Of a stretch of 64,000 nt of DNA, positions 1 through 12,894 are shown one piece after another. Origin of the DNA: Squalus acanthias (lineage: Eukaryota). The translations under genes were made by a program, and so were the position numbers. The stretch is taken from contig CM059431.1 of NCBI GenBank assembly GCA_030390025.1, positions 100,690,001-100,754,000 of the forward strand. The letters are read 5' to 3'. How positions within the stretch are numbered: the stretch's first letter is position 1; the number at the start of each line of letters is the position of its first letter. A model generated the notes under the pieces. The model ran no database searches. It saw nothing but the letters and a program-made list of their open reading frames with translations, and was not told the DNA's origin.

Positions 1-769
1 GATTTTTTTTTCCACTTAACGCTCTACAAATGCTTGCCATTCCAACAGTTTTCGCATAATTTTTCAAACTTCCTGGTATAAATGTGGTCTTTTCTATTAT
101 TCAACTCTCTACCCGTCTTTTATTTATTTTGTGTCTCTTTCCGAATGCCATCTTTCTTCAAGCTCCAAATCCCACAAGCTCAAGACATCATGCGCACTAT
201 ATCTTTAGCCCCAGATGTCCTGAGGTACCTCAACCTGTGCACTTATTCTTTGTGTTCACACTAAGCGCTTCGCAGACTATTTAAGTTCAGGGGCATTTTT
301 TAAATTGAACTCCAATTCTTCCATTTCCAAGGCGGAACCTTGAAACATAGTATTTGCTGAGATTCAATGCTGAGCACCAATCATGCAGTGAATGCAATGG
401 TTTCTTTTTTTTTTATTTAATAGCTGGTTTGTGACAGTGAGAAGACACAATTTTTGCGATTAATAAACCTGCTTTTTGAGAGAACTTTCAACTCATCTCT
501 AATGCTAGCCAATGGTATTTTTCCATTTCAAACAGCCAGTCCCGTCACCAAATACTCGCAGGCAAGGCACAGCACAGTTAAATACTGAGTAGAGCTCGCC
601 GTATTCTTCCCCAACAATGTGCCTCAGCCCCAGTCTAAAGCAGTAGCACCACCTCACACCACCACCACCCCCTCCCACCGACTGCGTACGTCTAACACTC
701 TCCACTTCCTTAAATCCAAGTGAAAGTCAATTTAGTAGCAAATTAGGGAGCAGTTTTGTGTTGCATTAA

Positions 770-915
770 ATATGCCCATTAGGAACTGGATTAAACTGTG
801 CAAATTCATTACACTCAGGACCCTTACAGTCAGAGACTTTCATCCCGTCTGTTATTGGCTAGATTTGAAGCCATGTCCCACAGGTGAAAAGCCAGTGATT
901 GAGCCATCCAGCTCT
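770..915 (-). mobile_element. Old LF-SINE-like SINE fragment
   Basis: Minus strand ctggatggctc..ttcacct..ttcaaatctagcc..tccagttcctaatggg resembles the LF-SINE head and body as I recall them; related copies near 41240 and 44984. Confidence 0.5.
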
Positions 916-1073
916 TCAAATAAACCTCAGTTTTAATTACAAGCCTTTCTTGACAAGAGTCTTCAATTAGCGTTAGGGAATTGAACACTTTCCATTTTTA
1001 TCACTCAGTGTTACCATCACATACTCTTAGATTCATGTCTCGCAGAGCTGGGTGCACAGCAAAGCTCCCTCTA

Positions 1074-1310
<237 letters not shown>

Positions 1311-1860
1311 TTATTTTAAACTTTAGCATTATATTTCAATTACTTTTAAAAATCATTGCAGACAGATGATGCACTTCATTAATAAAATGGCAAAGGAATT
1401 TTTTTCACATTGTGCAGTGAAGTGACCGAGTGTACATTGTCCTCCATTTAAACAACGGGCTGAATATAAGAATGACTATTTCAGCATTCACATGCTTTAG
1501 ATTTTACACTACTTGATAAAAATCTGTACATCTCAAATGCCAATAAAATTAGGATTCAAGCACTGTAAAAAAAAAACACAGAATGTTGAGTGTTTTGAAT
1601 AAGCGAAATACTTAATTCTGCTGCTTTCAATTGAGCAGATAAAAATCTGTTTTTCTGGAAGTTCTGGGTTCATTTCCTTGCTTCTCGCGTACCCACAGTC
1701 TAATTAAAATTCATTTCAATCTCCCCCCAAAGACTTAGTTTGTAAAAGCAGTGCATAACTTAAGTCGGACAGATCAGAAGGCTCTCGGGTGAGATCCACA
1801 GCTTTGCCGAGTTCGCCGATCTCAGCCGAGGCACAAGTGCTGTAACTAGTGTCAGAACCC

Positions 1861-2315
1861 TCAGCCATGGCTCGCCTCTGGGTCAGAAGGTTGTGGGTTC
1901 AAGTCCCACACCAGAGACTTGAGCACAAAATCTAGGCCGACACTCCCAGTGCAGTACTGAGGGAGCGCTGCACTGTCGGAGGCGCTGTCTTTCGGATGAG
2001 ATGTTAAACTGAGGCCCCCGTCTGCTCTCTCAGGTGGACGTAAAAGATCCCACGGCCACTATTTCGAAGAGGAGCAGGGGAGTTCTCCCCGGTGTCCTGG
2101 CCAATATTTACCCCTCAATCAACATCACTAAAGCAGATGATCTGGTCATTATCACATTGCTGTTTGTGGGAGCTTGCTGTGTGCAAATTGGTTCCCGCGT
2201 TTCCTACATTACAGCAGTGACTACACTTCAAAAAGTACTTCATTGGCTGTAAAACGCTTTGAGACGTCCCGAGGACATAAAATGCGATATATGAATGAAA
2301 ATCTTTCTTTTCTTT
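1861..2315 (+). mobile_element. Deu-domain tRNA SINE (SacSINE1-like)
   Basis: B-box-like ggttcaagtccc, Deu core gtctttcggatgag..aaagatccca, L2-like 3' tail; more than 12 copies in the window. Confidence 0.85.
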
Positions 2316-3114
2316 ATCTGTGAAATTATTTGTCCTTTTAGTCAAAAAATTTTAAATCTTGCTGTTCATTTAATTTCCTTCTGCTCTGTGTTTCCTTCTG
2401 AAATTGGAATTCTAGTAGCAGATTTTGTATGATATCAAACATCTAAATCCCCTGTATTTGAATTGCTGATTTCCCATCTCAATAAATAATTTCATGCTTG
2501 ATGCAGACCTTTGGAGTATATTTTTCTTCGTTCGATAGTACAAGCACAAAAGTCAGTGACTTTTTCACTAGCATTAATGAATGGGGGAGAAAATTGCCCA
2601 TTTATGTTCTCGCATTATTTAATCCTAGCTAGAAATTGTCCCCAAGAATCTTGATGCAGTGAGCGATGAACACTGACTTGTAACCGCAAATCAACTTGAA
2701 CCAAATTTACTCTCTTAGGGATGCTAATTTTTTATTTTTTTTAAAAGCTAGCACGCTCGTGGGAACTTTCGGTTTGAAATAAATTCATAAATGCTTAATT
2801 TGAGAGGCAAGTTACTAGAAGACAACACTATAAAGCTAATCCGCACCCTGTTTTCAATGTATTTGAGGTTAATGTTTAATTTTTATGAAAATTCAGAATA
2901 TTTCTAAATACTGTATTTTAAATCTGAATTTTAATCCTTAGTAATGTGCGATATGTACAGTTTTTATCGCACACCCAAGTAGGATGGTCCCTCATTCCAT
3001 AAGGCATACAAAAACAATTAATGCCGTCAATCATAGTTGTGCCATTTTGATACAAATTTGAGAAAGATAAAAACCTATTTATATTTTTAAATCATGATAA
3101 TGTATATTAGTGCA

Positions 3115-3553
3115 TTGTCTTCACCCATCACCCCTGTACTTGCTGACCTATATTGGCTCGCTGTCCGGCAAAAACTCGATTTTAAAATTCTCATCCTTGT
3201 TTTCAAATCTCTCCATGGCCTTGCCCCTCCCTATCTCTGTAACCTCCTCCAGTCCTGCAACCCTCCGAGTCCTCCAATTCTGGCCTCTTGTGCATTCCTG
3301 ATTTTCTTCGTTCCACCATTGGCGGCCGTGCCTTCAGCTGCCTGGGCCCCCAGCTCTGGAATGCCCTCCCTAAACCTCTCTGCCTCTCTACCCTCCTGTA
3401 AGACGCTCCTTAAAACCTACTTCTTTGGCCAAGTCTGTCCTAATATCTCCTTATGTGGCTCGGTGTCAAATTTTGTTTGATAACATTTCTGTGACGCGCC
3501 TCGGGATGTTTTACTACGTTAAAGGCGCTATATAAATGCAAGTTGTTGTTGTA
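3115..3553 (+). mobile_element. L2 LINE 3' fragment
   Basis: ITPVLADLxWL..FKILILVFKSLHGLAPPYL motif; ends ggcgctatataaatgcaag(ttg)n. Confidence 0.85.
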
Positions 3554-3587
3554 GTGAAATAAATGAGCTGGTATGGATAAAATCATT

Positions 3588-4269
3588 CTTCTTCTTAGGC
3601 AGTCCCTCGGAACCGAGGATGACTTGCTTCCACATTAACAATGAGTTCGCAGGTGACTGATGAGTCCAATGCGGGACCTACAGTCTCTGTCACAGGTGGG
3701 GCAGACGGTGGTTGAAGGGGCAGGTGGGTGGGGTGCTTGGGTTGACGTGCGCTCCTTCTGCTGCCTGCGCTTAGCTTCCGGCGAAGAGACTCGAGGTATT
3801 CGGCGCCTTCCCGGATGCTTCTCCTCCACTTTGTGCTCTAGTCTTGGGCCAGGGATTCCCAGGTGTCGGTGGGGATGTTACACTTTTTCAAGCAGGCTTT
3901 GAGGGTGTCCTTGAAGGGTATCCTCTGCCCACCTGGGGCTCTCTTGCCATGCCAGAGCGAGCGTGCCGAGTACAGCGCTTGTTTCGGGAGTCTCGTATCG
4001 GGCATGCGGACGATGTGACCCATCCATCGGAGCTGATCGAGCGTGGTAAAAGCTTCGATGCTGGGGATGTTGGCCTGAGCGAGAACGCTGACGTTGGTGC
4101 GCCTAACGTTTGTTTGAAGACCAGGACCTCAAACCCGGCACTAAGCTCATGGTCTACAGAGCAGCAGTGATACCCACCCTGCTGTATGCCTCAGAGACAT
4201 GGACCATGTACAGCAGGCACCTCAAAGCACTGGAGAGGTACCACCAACGCTGCCTCCGCAAGATCCTGC
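3588..4269 (-). mobile_element. RTE-clade LINE 3' fragment with 5' inversion
   Basis: GHIVRMPDTRLPKQ and CPTC..HLRTH on minus, (aag)n tail; segment at about 4110-4269 inverted; 11-bp TSD ataaaatcatt at 3577 and 4270. Confidence 0.88.
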
Positions 4270-4489
4270 ATAAAATCATTAATGTGCTGACCAACAGATT
4301 AGTAAATTCCACTGACACAATGCTTAAAGGAGTCAGACAGGAGTGATTCTTTTTTTCTCCTTATAACTTTCTCCCTTCTTCTCCAGAAGTTGACAACTAA
4401 TGTTGGGGTACAGTCGCACAGTTGTCGAGCACCTTCTCGTAACTCAACCAAATAGCCGCCCCTCAATTGTTAGTCAGGATAGTGAGTAT

Positions 4490-5250
4490 GCTGCATAGAC
4501 CAGGCTTGTATTCCCTCGAGTATAGAGAAGATTAAGGGGTGATCAAATTGAGATGTTTAAGATGATTAAAGGAATTAGTATTATAGAATGATACAGCACA
4601 GAAGGAGGCCATTCAGCCCATCATGCCTGTGCCGGCTCTGTGGTAGAGCTCTCCAATTAGTCCCACTCCCCCCTGCTCTTTCCCCATAGCCCTGTAAATT
4701 TTCTCCCTTCAAGTATTTATCCAATTCTCTTTTGAATGTTACTATTGAATCTGCTTACACCGCCCTTTCAGGCAGCGCATTCCAGATCACAACAACTCAC
4801 TGTGTGAAAAAATGTTTCCTCATGTCGCCTCTGGTTCTTTTGCCAATCACCTTAAATCTGTGTCCTCTGGTTACCGACCCTCCTGCCACTGGAAACAGTT
4901 TCTCCTTATTTACTCTATCAGAATTGATAGGGTAGATAGAGAGAAACTATTTTCTCTGGTAGGGGAGTCCAGAACAAGGGGACATAACCTTAAAATTAGA
5001 GCTAGGCCGTTCAGAGGGGATGCCAGGAAGCACTTCTTCACACAAAGGGTAGTGGCAATCTGGAAAACTCTCCCCCAAAAAGCTGCTGAGGCTGGGGGTT
5101 AATGCAAAATTTCAAAACTGAGATTGATAGATCGTTGTCAGGCAAGGGTGTTAAGGGGTACAGATCCATGACGGGTAGATGGAGTTAAGATACAGATCAG
5201 CCATGATGGGAACAGGCTCGAGGGGTTGAAAGGCCTCCTCCTGTTCCTAT
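4490..5250 (+). mobile_element. CR1 3' fragment interrupted by an opposite-strand CR1 (about 4580-4920)
   Basis: RTRGH..FFTQRVV motifs on both strands; CR1 terminal hairpin and tails. Confidence 0.8.
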
Positions 5251-5670
5251 GGCTATGGCAGAAATTGGGACAGTGGGATTTGTTTACGACTGTCCAGCAA
5301 AGAACCAGCACAGACACGGCCTCCTTCTGTGCTGTAAACTTTGATGGTGCTAAACGGGATCTCAACTGGTGAAGGACCAGCTTGGCTCACTGGTAGGACC
5401 CTCACCTTTGCGCCAGGCAAGGGGTTGTGGGTCAGGTCCCACGACAGAACTTGACCGCGTAAAAAACCAAGGCTGGCACTTCAGCGTAGTACTGCATTTG
5501 TTGGGAGGTGCTGTCCTTCAGACAAGACGACATTTAAATAAGGCCTCGCATCTGCCTGTTCAGGTCAATGTTAGAGATCTGATTCGCAAATACCTACGAA
5601 GCTAGAGTGATTATGCTTGAGCAAGTAATTCATTGACTGAAGCACTTTAGGACATCCTGAGAACATGGAA

Positions 5671-6175
5671 ACGATGTGAAGGCCCTTGAGAGGGTGCAGA
5701 GGAGATTTCCCAGAATGGTTCCGGGGATGGGGGATCTTAGCTACAAGGACAGGTTGGAGAAGCTGGATTTGTTTTTATTGGAGCAAAGGAGGTTGAAGGG
5801 TGATTTAATAGAGGTGTACAAGATTATGACGGGTTTGGATAGGCTAGACGGGGAAAGGCTGTTCCCACTAGTTGATGGTACAAGGACTAGGGGACACAGA
5901 TTTAAGGTTTTGGGCAAGAGATACAGGGGGGACGTGAGGAAAAACTTTTTTACGCAGCAAGTGGTGAGGACCTGGAACTCGCTGCCGACGGAAGTGGTGG
6001 AAGCGGAGACACTCAATGTTTTCAAGGGGAGACTGGATAGGCACTTGAGGGAAATAAACTTGCAGGGCTACGGGGATAGAGCGGGGAAATGGTACTGACT
6101 GGATTGCTCTACAGAGAGCTGGCACGGACTCGATGGGCCGAATGGCCTCCTTCTGTGCCGTTATGACTCTATGAT
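5671..6175 (+). mobile_element. CR1 3' fragment inserted in a degenerate Deu-SINE
   Basis: ALERVQRRF..RTRGHRFK ORF; 9-bp TSD aacatggaa at 5662 and 6176. Confidence 0.88.
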
Positions 6176-7019
6176 AACATGGAAGGGCCTATATATAAAC
6201 ACAATTTTTTTTCCTCTTTCTTAAAGATGGGTACATGTTTCCAGAAGTGCTGCATTCATACTCCAGTAGTTAAAGAGCAACAAGGTTAGCAGCAATTCTG
6301 AATCTAATGTTTATCGATGAACAAGGTGCGTAAGGTTGAAGTACTGGAGCTCTTACTGGAGGCAACAGGGTCTGTAAAAAAAAAGGGGGCAGTGACAAAA
6401 ATATAGTGCTTTAAAAATAGTAGCCTTGAAGGAAGTAAAAAAACAAAACAAATTAAAGCACAAGAACGGTTGGGAAATCAACTGTAGGAAGCATTGAAGG
6501 GCGGTTGCTAAGGCTACAATCAACATTTATTCCGGCTGAAGCAAAACAGATTAAAATGAAACAGAGGTCAACCTGGTTAAGCAGAATGAAAAGCGCTGCA
6601 TTAAGGATGGTCAGAATGGTTTCAAAACTTACAAGGGACCCAGTACGCAAAAGCGATGGGCAAACTATAAAGACAAGCAAAGGCAGAAAAAGGATAATAT
6701 TATGTTATTATGTTTTCTATTCCTCGAGAAATGAACTCCAGTAAGTAAGGTTGTAGACTGCAGCTCTGCACTGGAAAATGGGAGATTAGCCGTGACCTTT
6801 ATGTTCACCAATTCTCTACCCCTTATTGCACTGTAAGTCCTTTTACACACATTACGGGAACGTTTGCAGATAAAGTTTGACAAAAACCTTTACGTCTTTG
6901 AAAATTGTGAGGCCTTCAGCAACCATGTTTTCCCTCGCCAATTTAAATTGTAGTGTGCGAAGTTACAAAGTTGTTTAATACAAGTGCATTGTACTAAGAA
7001 CAAGCCAATCTTCTTGCTC

Positions 7020-7765
7020 CATGTGATCTTCTGGGCTGGTTTTGATCGCCTGAGGGGGTCGGAGAGGAATTTTACAGAGTATTTTTTCCCTTATTGGCTC
7101 TGGTTTTTTTTTGCCTCTCCCAGGAGATTACATGGTGGCGGGGAAGTGGGGGGGGGAATGGGGAAGAGAGGGTGGAAGTGTTTAGTCACTATACTCCAGC
7201 CATCATGAATGTGGGGCAGGCTTGATGGACCATAGGAACAGGAGGAAGCCGTTCAGCCCCTCGAGCCTGTTCCGCCATTCAATGAGTCATAGAGTCATAG
7301 GGCACAGAAGGAGGCCATTCGGCCCATCGAGTCCGTGCCGACTCTCTGCAGTCCCACTCCCCCACTCGCCCTCAGGTTTATTTCCCTCAAGTGCCTTTCC
7401 AGTCTCCCCTTGAAAACATTGAGTGTCTCCGCTTCCACCACTTCCGTCGGCAGCGAGTTCCAGGTCCTCACCACTCGCTGCGCAAAAGAGTTTTTCCTCA
7501 CATCCCCCCTATATCTCTTGCCCAAAACCTTAAATCTGTGTCCCCTAGTCCTTGTACCATCAACTAGTGGGTTAGGGTTAGGGTTAGATAGGCCCCATCT
7601 AGCCTATCCAAACCTGTCATAATCTTGTACACCTCTATCAAATCACCCCGCAACCTCCTTTGCTCTAATGAAAACAAATCCAGCTTCTCATGAGATCATG
7701 GCTGATCTGTAAAAGACCAACTGGTCTTTTCCTGCCCGTCACTCTCGTATGTTTGTGTGTTCTTG
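7020..7765. mobile_element. Triple-nested CR1-type 3' ends
   Basis: Plus-strand 3'UTR-like element split at gacca by a CR1 tail (7231-7710), itself split at atgag by CR1 7286-7689 (minus). Confidence 0.7.
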
Positions 7766-8453
7766 GACTTCAACGCCATTTTGCAGAGCATATTGGTGTC
7801 TACAGGTGCCAGTGCCCACTCGCACCTTGCCCGAGTGGCCTACTCTTCATGTTAGCCTGGGCCATGAGGGCAGTAAGATATTAGACCCCGAGATGGTAAG
7901 AAAAGGGAACCAAAGCTGAACGCAATCCTATTCACACGCACGCACCTTCCAGCAGGAGGGTCACTCAGCACTGATTGACAGCAAGAAGATTTAGCCCTTT
8001 AATATTTGCACTATGATTGTGACAAACATCAAATTTTCAAAGATTTTAGGTAAATTGACCAAATAAAATACACCCATTCTAGAAAAATACACACATATTC
8101 TATATTGCGTTACTGGGGCTATTTTTAAGCTAACCCGCCCAGGTGGGAAACTGAACGGATCAGGTTGAAAATTGGGTTTACACAACAACAACAACAACAA
8201 CTTGCATTAATATAGCACCTTTAACGTAGTAAAGCGTCCCAAGGCGCTTCACAGGAGCGATTATCAGACAGAATTTTGACACTGAGCCACATAAGGAGAT
8301 ATTAGGACAGGTGGCCTGGTCAAAGAGGTAGATTTTAAGAAACGTCTTAAAGGAGGAGAGTGAGATAGAGAGGCGGAGAGGTTTAGGGAGGGAATTCCAG
8401 AGCTTCAGATCTTGGCAGCTGAAGACACGGCCAGCAATAGTGGAGCGATTAAA

Positions 8454-9501
8454 GGCCTAGAAATTCCATTCCCTACGGGTGGGTACATAGAAACATAGAA
8501 CATAGAAACATAGAATCTAGGAGCAGGAGTAGGCCATTCGGCCCGTCGAGCCTGCTCCACCATTCAATACGATCATGGCTGATCATCCAAATCCAGTACC
8601 CTGTCCCTGCTTTAATCCCCACAGTACACATATCCCACCCTACCCCCGTAACCCCACGTATTTAATTCCCCCTAACATATCCCATCCTATCCCCATAACC
8701 CCACATATTTAATCCCCCCTAACACTAAGGGTCAATTTATCATAGCCAAATCAACCTAACCCGCACATTTTTGGTACGCGCTGTGTACTCACCCGTAGGG
8801 CCAACGGAAGTGCCGGTTTTACGCATGCACTGTGCATGCGTTGGAAACCGGCACTTCCGTTCTCTGCAGAAAGGGCTTGACTGGACAAACGCCTGCGCCG
8901 GATAGGCAGCCCTTACGTTAAAAACTTCCGGTTTTTTCCACACTGGCTTGAGTCCAGGTAAGTCGAGAACAGCTGCGCCTAGAAAAGCAGGCGCAAGGCC
9001 TGCTTTTAGCAGGCTAATAGTTTAATAAAGTTAAAAAAAAAATTTCCACTGATTTATCATTTTAAAATACTTTAAAGAAAGGTAAGTTTATTTTTAGCCC
9101 CATTAAAAATTTTAATTCTTTTTTTCAAAAATTTAAATTTTTGTTTAAAATAGTTAATTTATGTAATTTATAGTCATTTTAAAAATGTGATTTAAAAAAA
9201 AAAATTATTTGAAGTTTTAAATATGTTTTGGGGCTCATCTCTATTCATAGATTTGACAGGTCTTCCTGTCAAATCTATGAATGGAGATTCCCTGCTCTGA
9301 TTGGCTCCCCATGGCCCATGTGATCCCAGGGACGCTGCAAACTAGCTGCGCCCCTGGGATACGCGTGCCCTGCACACCGGCAGATTGAAGAGGCACAGCA
9401 ACGGAAGTGTGCGCATCCTGGGAGCCCTCCGGTCCAAGCGGAGATTTTTCCGAGTCGCAGCCTTCCGCCCGCAGGAGGGCTGCGAACGGAATTTCTGGGT
9501 C
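8454..9501. mobile_element. Non-autonomous TIR DNA transposon with internal palindromes
   Basis: Ends ggcctagaaattccattc / gaacggaatttctgggtc (15/18 inverted match); hairpins at 8804-8860 and 9237-9288. Confidence 0.6.
8486..8775 (-). mobile_element. 5'-truncated HE1-like SINE with CR1-type tail
   Basis: caattta.cat.gcca..tcaacctaacc.gcacat body, (catagaaa)n tail, internal duplication of about 48 bp, ggtac on both flanks. Confidence 0.6.
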
Positions 9502-9869
9502 AATATTGGGGATGCGCAAGGGGCCAGAATTGAAGGACTGTCTACTGAAGTCAACAGAGTGCAAAATCGGGTGGGGTTTAAAAACCAGCGTTCAACACGA
9601 TCTAGTCAGTTTTCAACCTGGCGGGTTAAGTCCAAATTACCCCCCATTATATTAGTTAGATATAGAAATTTAGAGGCAATTCAAAACATTAATTCCTAAT
9701 ATTTTATCTCGTCACAATTACGAAAAAAATGATTTATATTTAAAGTAACTTTGGTGTTGTATAAAATCAATTCACCCACTGCTAAAGGAGCTTGCTTATG
9801 GATTGGGCTCATACATGAGCAACAAATATTGCTGTACTACAGGTCTGCCGGCAGCCAGTGGAAACCTTT

Positions 9870-10765
9870 CATAAGAACATAAGAAATAGGAGCAGGAGTA
9901 GGCCATATGGCCCCTCGAGCTTGCTCCGCCATTCAATAAGATCATGGCTGATCTTCGACCTCAACTCCACTTTCCCGCCCGATCGCCGTATCCCTCGATT
10001 CCCCTAGAGTCTGAAAATCTATTGATCTCAGCCTTGAATATACTCAACGACTCAGCATTCACAGCCCTCTGGGGCAGAGAATTCCAAAGATTCACAACCC
10101 TCAGTGAAGAAATTCCTCCTCATCTCAGTCTTAAATGGTCTACCCCTTACCCTGAGACTATGTCCCTCTAGTTTTCCCTAGAAAAAGTCAGCAATATCAG
10201 GAGAGGAGAGAAATGGGGATTATTTTTTTTCCAAGTGTATGATCTGTGTTTCAGTTATGTAGTCAATTGTTGACACCCAACATTTATAACCTGGAGCAAA
10301 GTAAAAGGTAAATATTAAGAAACATTCACCCAGTAGTTTGTTCAAGGACATTAGATGTTAACTGCCAACAACTTACTTACATTCAATACCTCTGAAGGTG
10401 GCAGGACAAGTTGATAATGCAGTTAAAAAGCATACGGCATCCTGGACTTTATAAATAGAGGCACAGAGTACAAAAGCAAGGAAGTTATGTTAAACCGTTA
10501 TAAAACACTGGTTAGGCCTCAGCTGGAGTATTGTGTCCAATTCTTGGAGAGGGTGCAGAGGAGATTTACCAGAATGGCACCAGGGATGAGGAACTACAGT
10601 TATGTGGAGAGACTGGAGATGCTGGGATTGTTCTCCTTAGAGCAGAGAGGGTTAAGAGGAGACTTAATAGAGGGTTTTGATAGAGTAAATAAGGAGAAAC
10701 CGTTTCCATTGGCAGGAGGGTCAGTAACCAGAGGACACAGATTTAAGGTCATTGGCAAAATAACT
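9870..10765. mobile_element. Two CR1 fragments (about 9870-10172 minus; about 10390-10765 plus)
   Basis: cataagaacataagaa tail; LVRPQLEYCVQF motif. Confidence 0.8.
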
Positions 10766-10877
10766 TTCTGTAACTATTGACCACAAAGTTGTGTACATAT
10801 CGTTGTTAAAAATACACAACCAAAATTTCTTCCAGCTATAGACGTTCCTCAATTGGCTGATCTGTATTTGGAAAAAA

Positions 10878-12005
10878 TAAAAGATTTGCATTTATATAGC
10901 GCCTTTCACAACTTCAGGACGTCCCAAAGTACTTGACAGCCAATTAAGTACTTTTTGAAGTGGAGTCACTGTTGTAATGTAGGAAACGCGGCAGCCAATT
11001 TGCGCACAGCAAGCTCCCACAAACAACAATGTGATAAATGATTAGTGATGTTGGTTGATAAATATTGGCCAGGACACCAGGGAGAACTCCCCTGCCCTTC
11101 TTCGAAATAGTGCCGTTGGAGCTTTTGCGTCCACCTGAGGGGGCAGACGGAGCCTCGGTTTAATCTTGGTGTCATATTTGACCCTGAAATGAGCTTCCGA
11201 CCACATATCTACGCCATCTCTAAGACCGCCTATTTCCACCTCCGTACCTCGTCCGACTCTGCCCACCTCAGCTCATCTGCTGCTGAAACCCTCATCCATG
11301 CCTTTGTTACCTCTAGACTCGACTATTCCAACGCACTCCTGGCTGGCCTCCCACATTCTACCCTCTGTAAACTTGAGGTCATCCAAAACTCAGCTCCCCA
11401 TGTCCTAACTCGCACCAAGTCCCGTTCACCCATCACCCTTGTGCTCACTGACCTACATTGGCTCCCGGTTAAGCAACACCTTGATTTTAAAACTCTTGTC
11501 CTTGTTGTCAAATCCCTCCATGGCCTCGCCCCTCCCTAACTCTGTAATCTCCTCCAGCCCCACAACCCCCTGAGATATCTGCACTCCTCTAATTCTGCCC
11601 TCTTGAGCATCCCTGATTTTAATCGCTCAACCATTGATGGCCATACCTTTAGCTGCCTGGGCCCTAAGCTCTGGAATTCCCTCCTTAAACCTCTCCGCCT
11701 CTCTTTCCTCCTTTAAGACCTCCTTAAAACCTACCTCGTTCTGCCCTAATATCTCATGTGGCTCGGTGTCAAATTTTGTTTTATAATCGCTCCTGTGAAG
11801 CGCCTTGGGACGTTTTATTATGTTAAAGGCGCTATATAAATCCAAGTTGTTGTTGTCTCGTCCTAAGACGGCATCTCGGAGAGTGCAGCACTCCCTCAGT
11901 ACTGCACTGGGAGTGTCAGTGTAGATTTTATGCTCAAGTCTCTGGAGTGGGACTTGAACCCACAACTTGATTTGAAGGCAAGAGTGCTACCCACTGAGCC
12001 ACGGC
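10878..12005 (-). mobile_element. Deu-SINE interrupted by a plus-strand L2 (about 11163-11856)
   Basis: SINE halves join across an L2 carrying LIHAFVTSRLDYSNALL. Confidence 0.85.
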
Positions 12006-12774
12006 TGGGAGGGGGGGCGGGGGCACTCAGAGCTCAGCACCATCCGAGAAGAATAAGTGTCACTGTGTCCAACACCAGGAGCTGCTTTTGAGTGGCAATG
12101 CCACACATCTGGCAACCAGCAAGCAACAAGACCGAAGTCTTATTTAAGTGCCACACAAATGTACCTTGTGTCATATTTTCCATTTATTTTGAAAGCGGAA
12201 ACATTCTTTAAAAACGTTTAAAATCATTTTGCGATTAACTTAATTAAGTCTCGCCTCAACTTGACAGTCACATAAGATTAGATAATGGGCACAAATGGGG
12301 TTGGTTTGTTTTTAGTGCTCAAGTTCCCACTCGCTGCACCTTGGGTGCTGTCTCCTCCTATTTTTCACACTGCTTCTGGAGATGAGAGAGAGAGAGAGGC
12401 AGGTACGGCAAATGGAGCATCTGGCTCTGAGCAGGTCTAGGTAAACAGTGGCAGAGAGGAGTGAATGACATTCCAGTGAGCTTCACAAACATACGAAGCA
12501 TCACTCACTGTTTGCTTTAACGGCACCCTCTCAAACAAAACAAACAAAAACAACCTGCCTGTGGTGCTCTGTTTACACTGAGCGCCTGCCTCAGCCAACA
12601 CTCCAACACTTCCCCCAAAACTCCGCCAAATGCCATGTAAAAAAAGGTATCTGATTTCATCCCATTTCATTCTCAATTCATCTCCAATATCAAAGCCGTA
12701 GTGGCGCGATGGAACACTTTTCATAATCGCACTGTTTTGTTTTGTTGCAAGGTTAGTTTCTGAGCATGGCCTCA

Positions 12775-12894
<120 letters not shown>

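Larger units (their letters stand above)
8183..9540 (-). mobile_element. L2 3' fragment interrupted by a TIR element
   Basis: (caa)n tail at 8183; L2 sequence resumes at about 9502. Confidence 0.75.
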
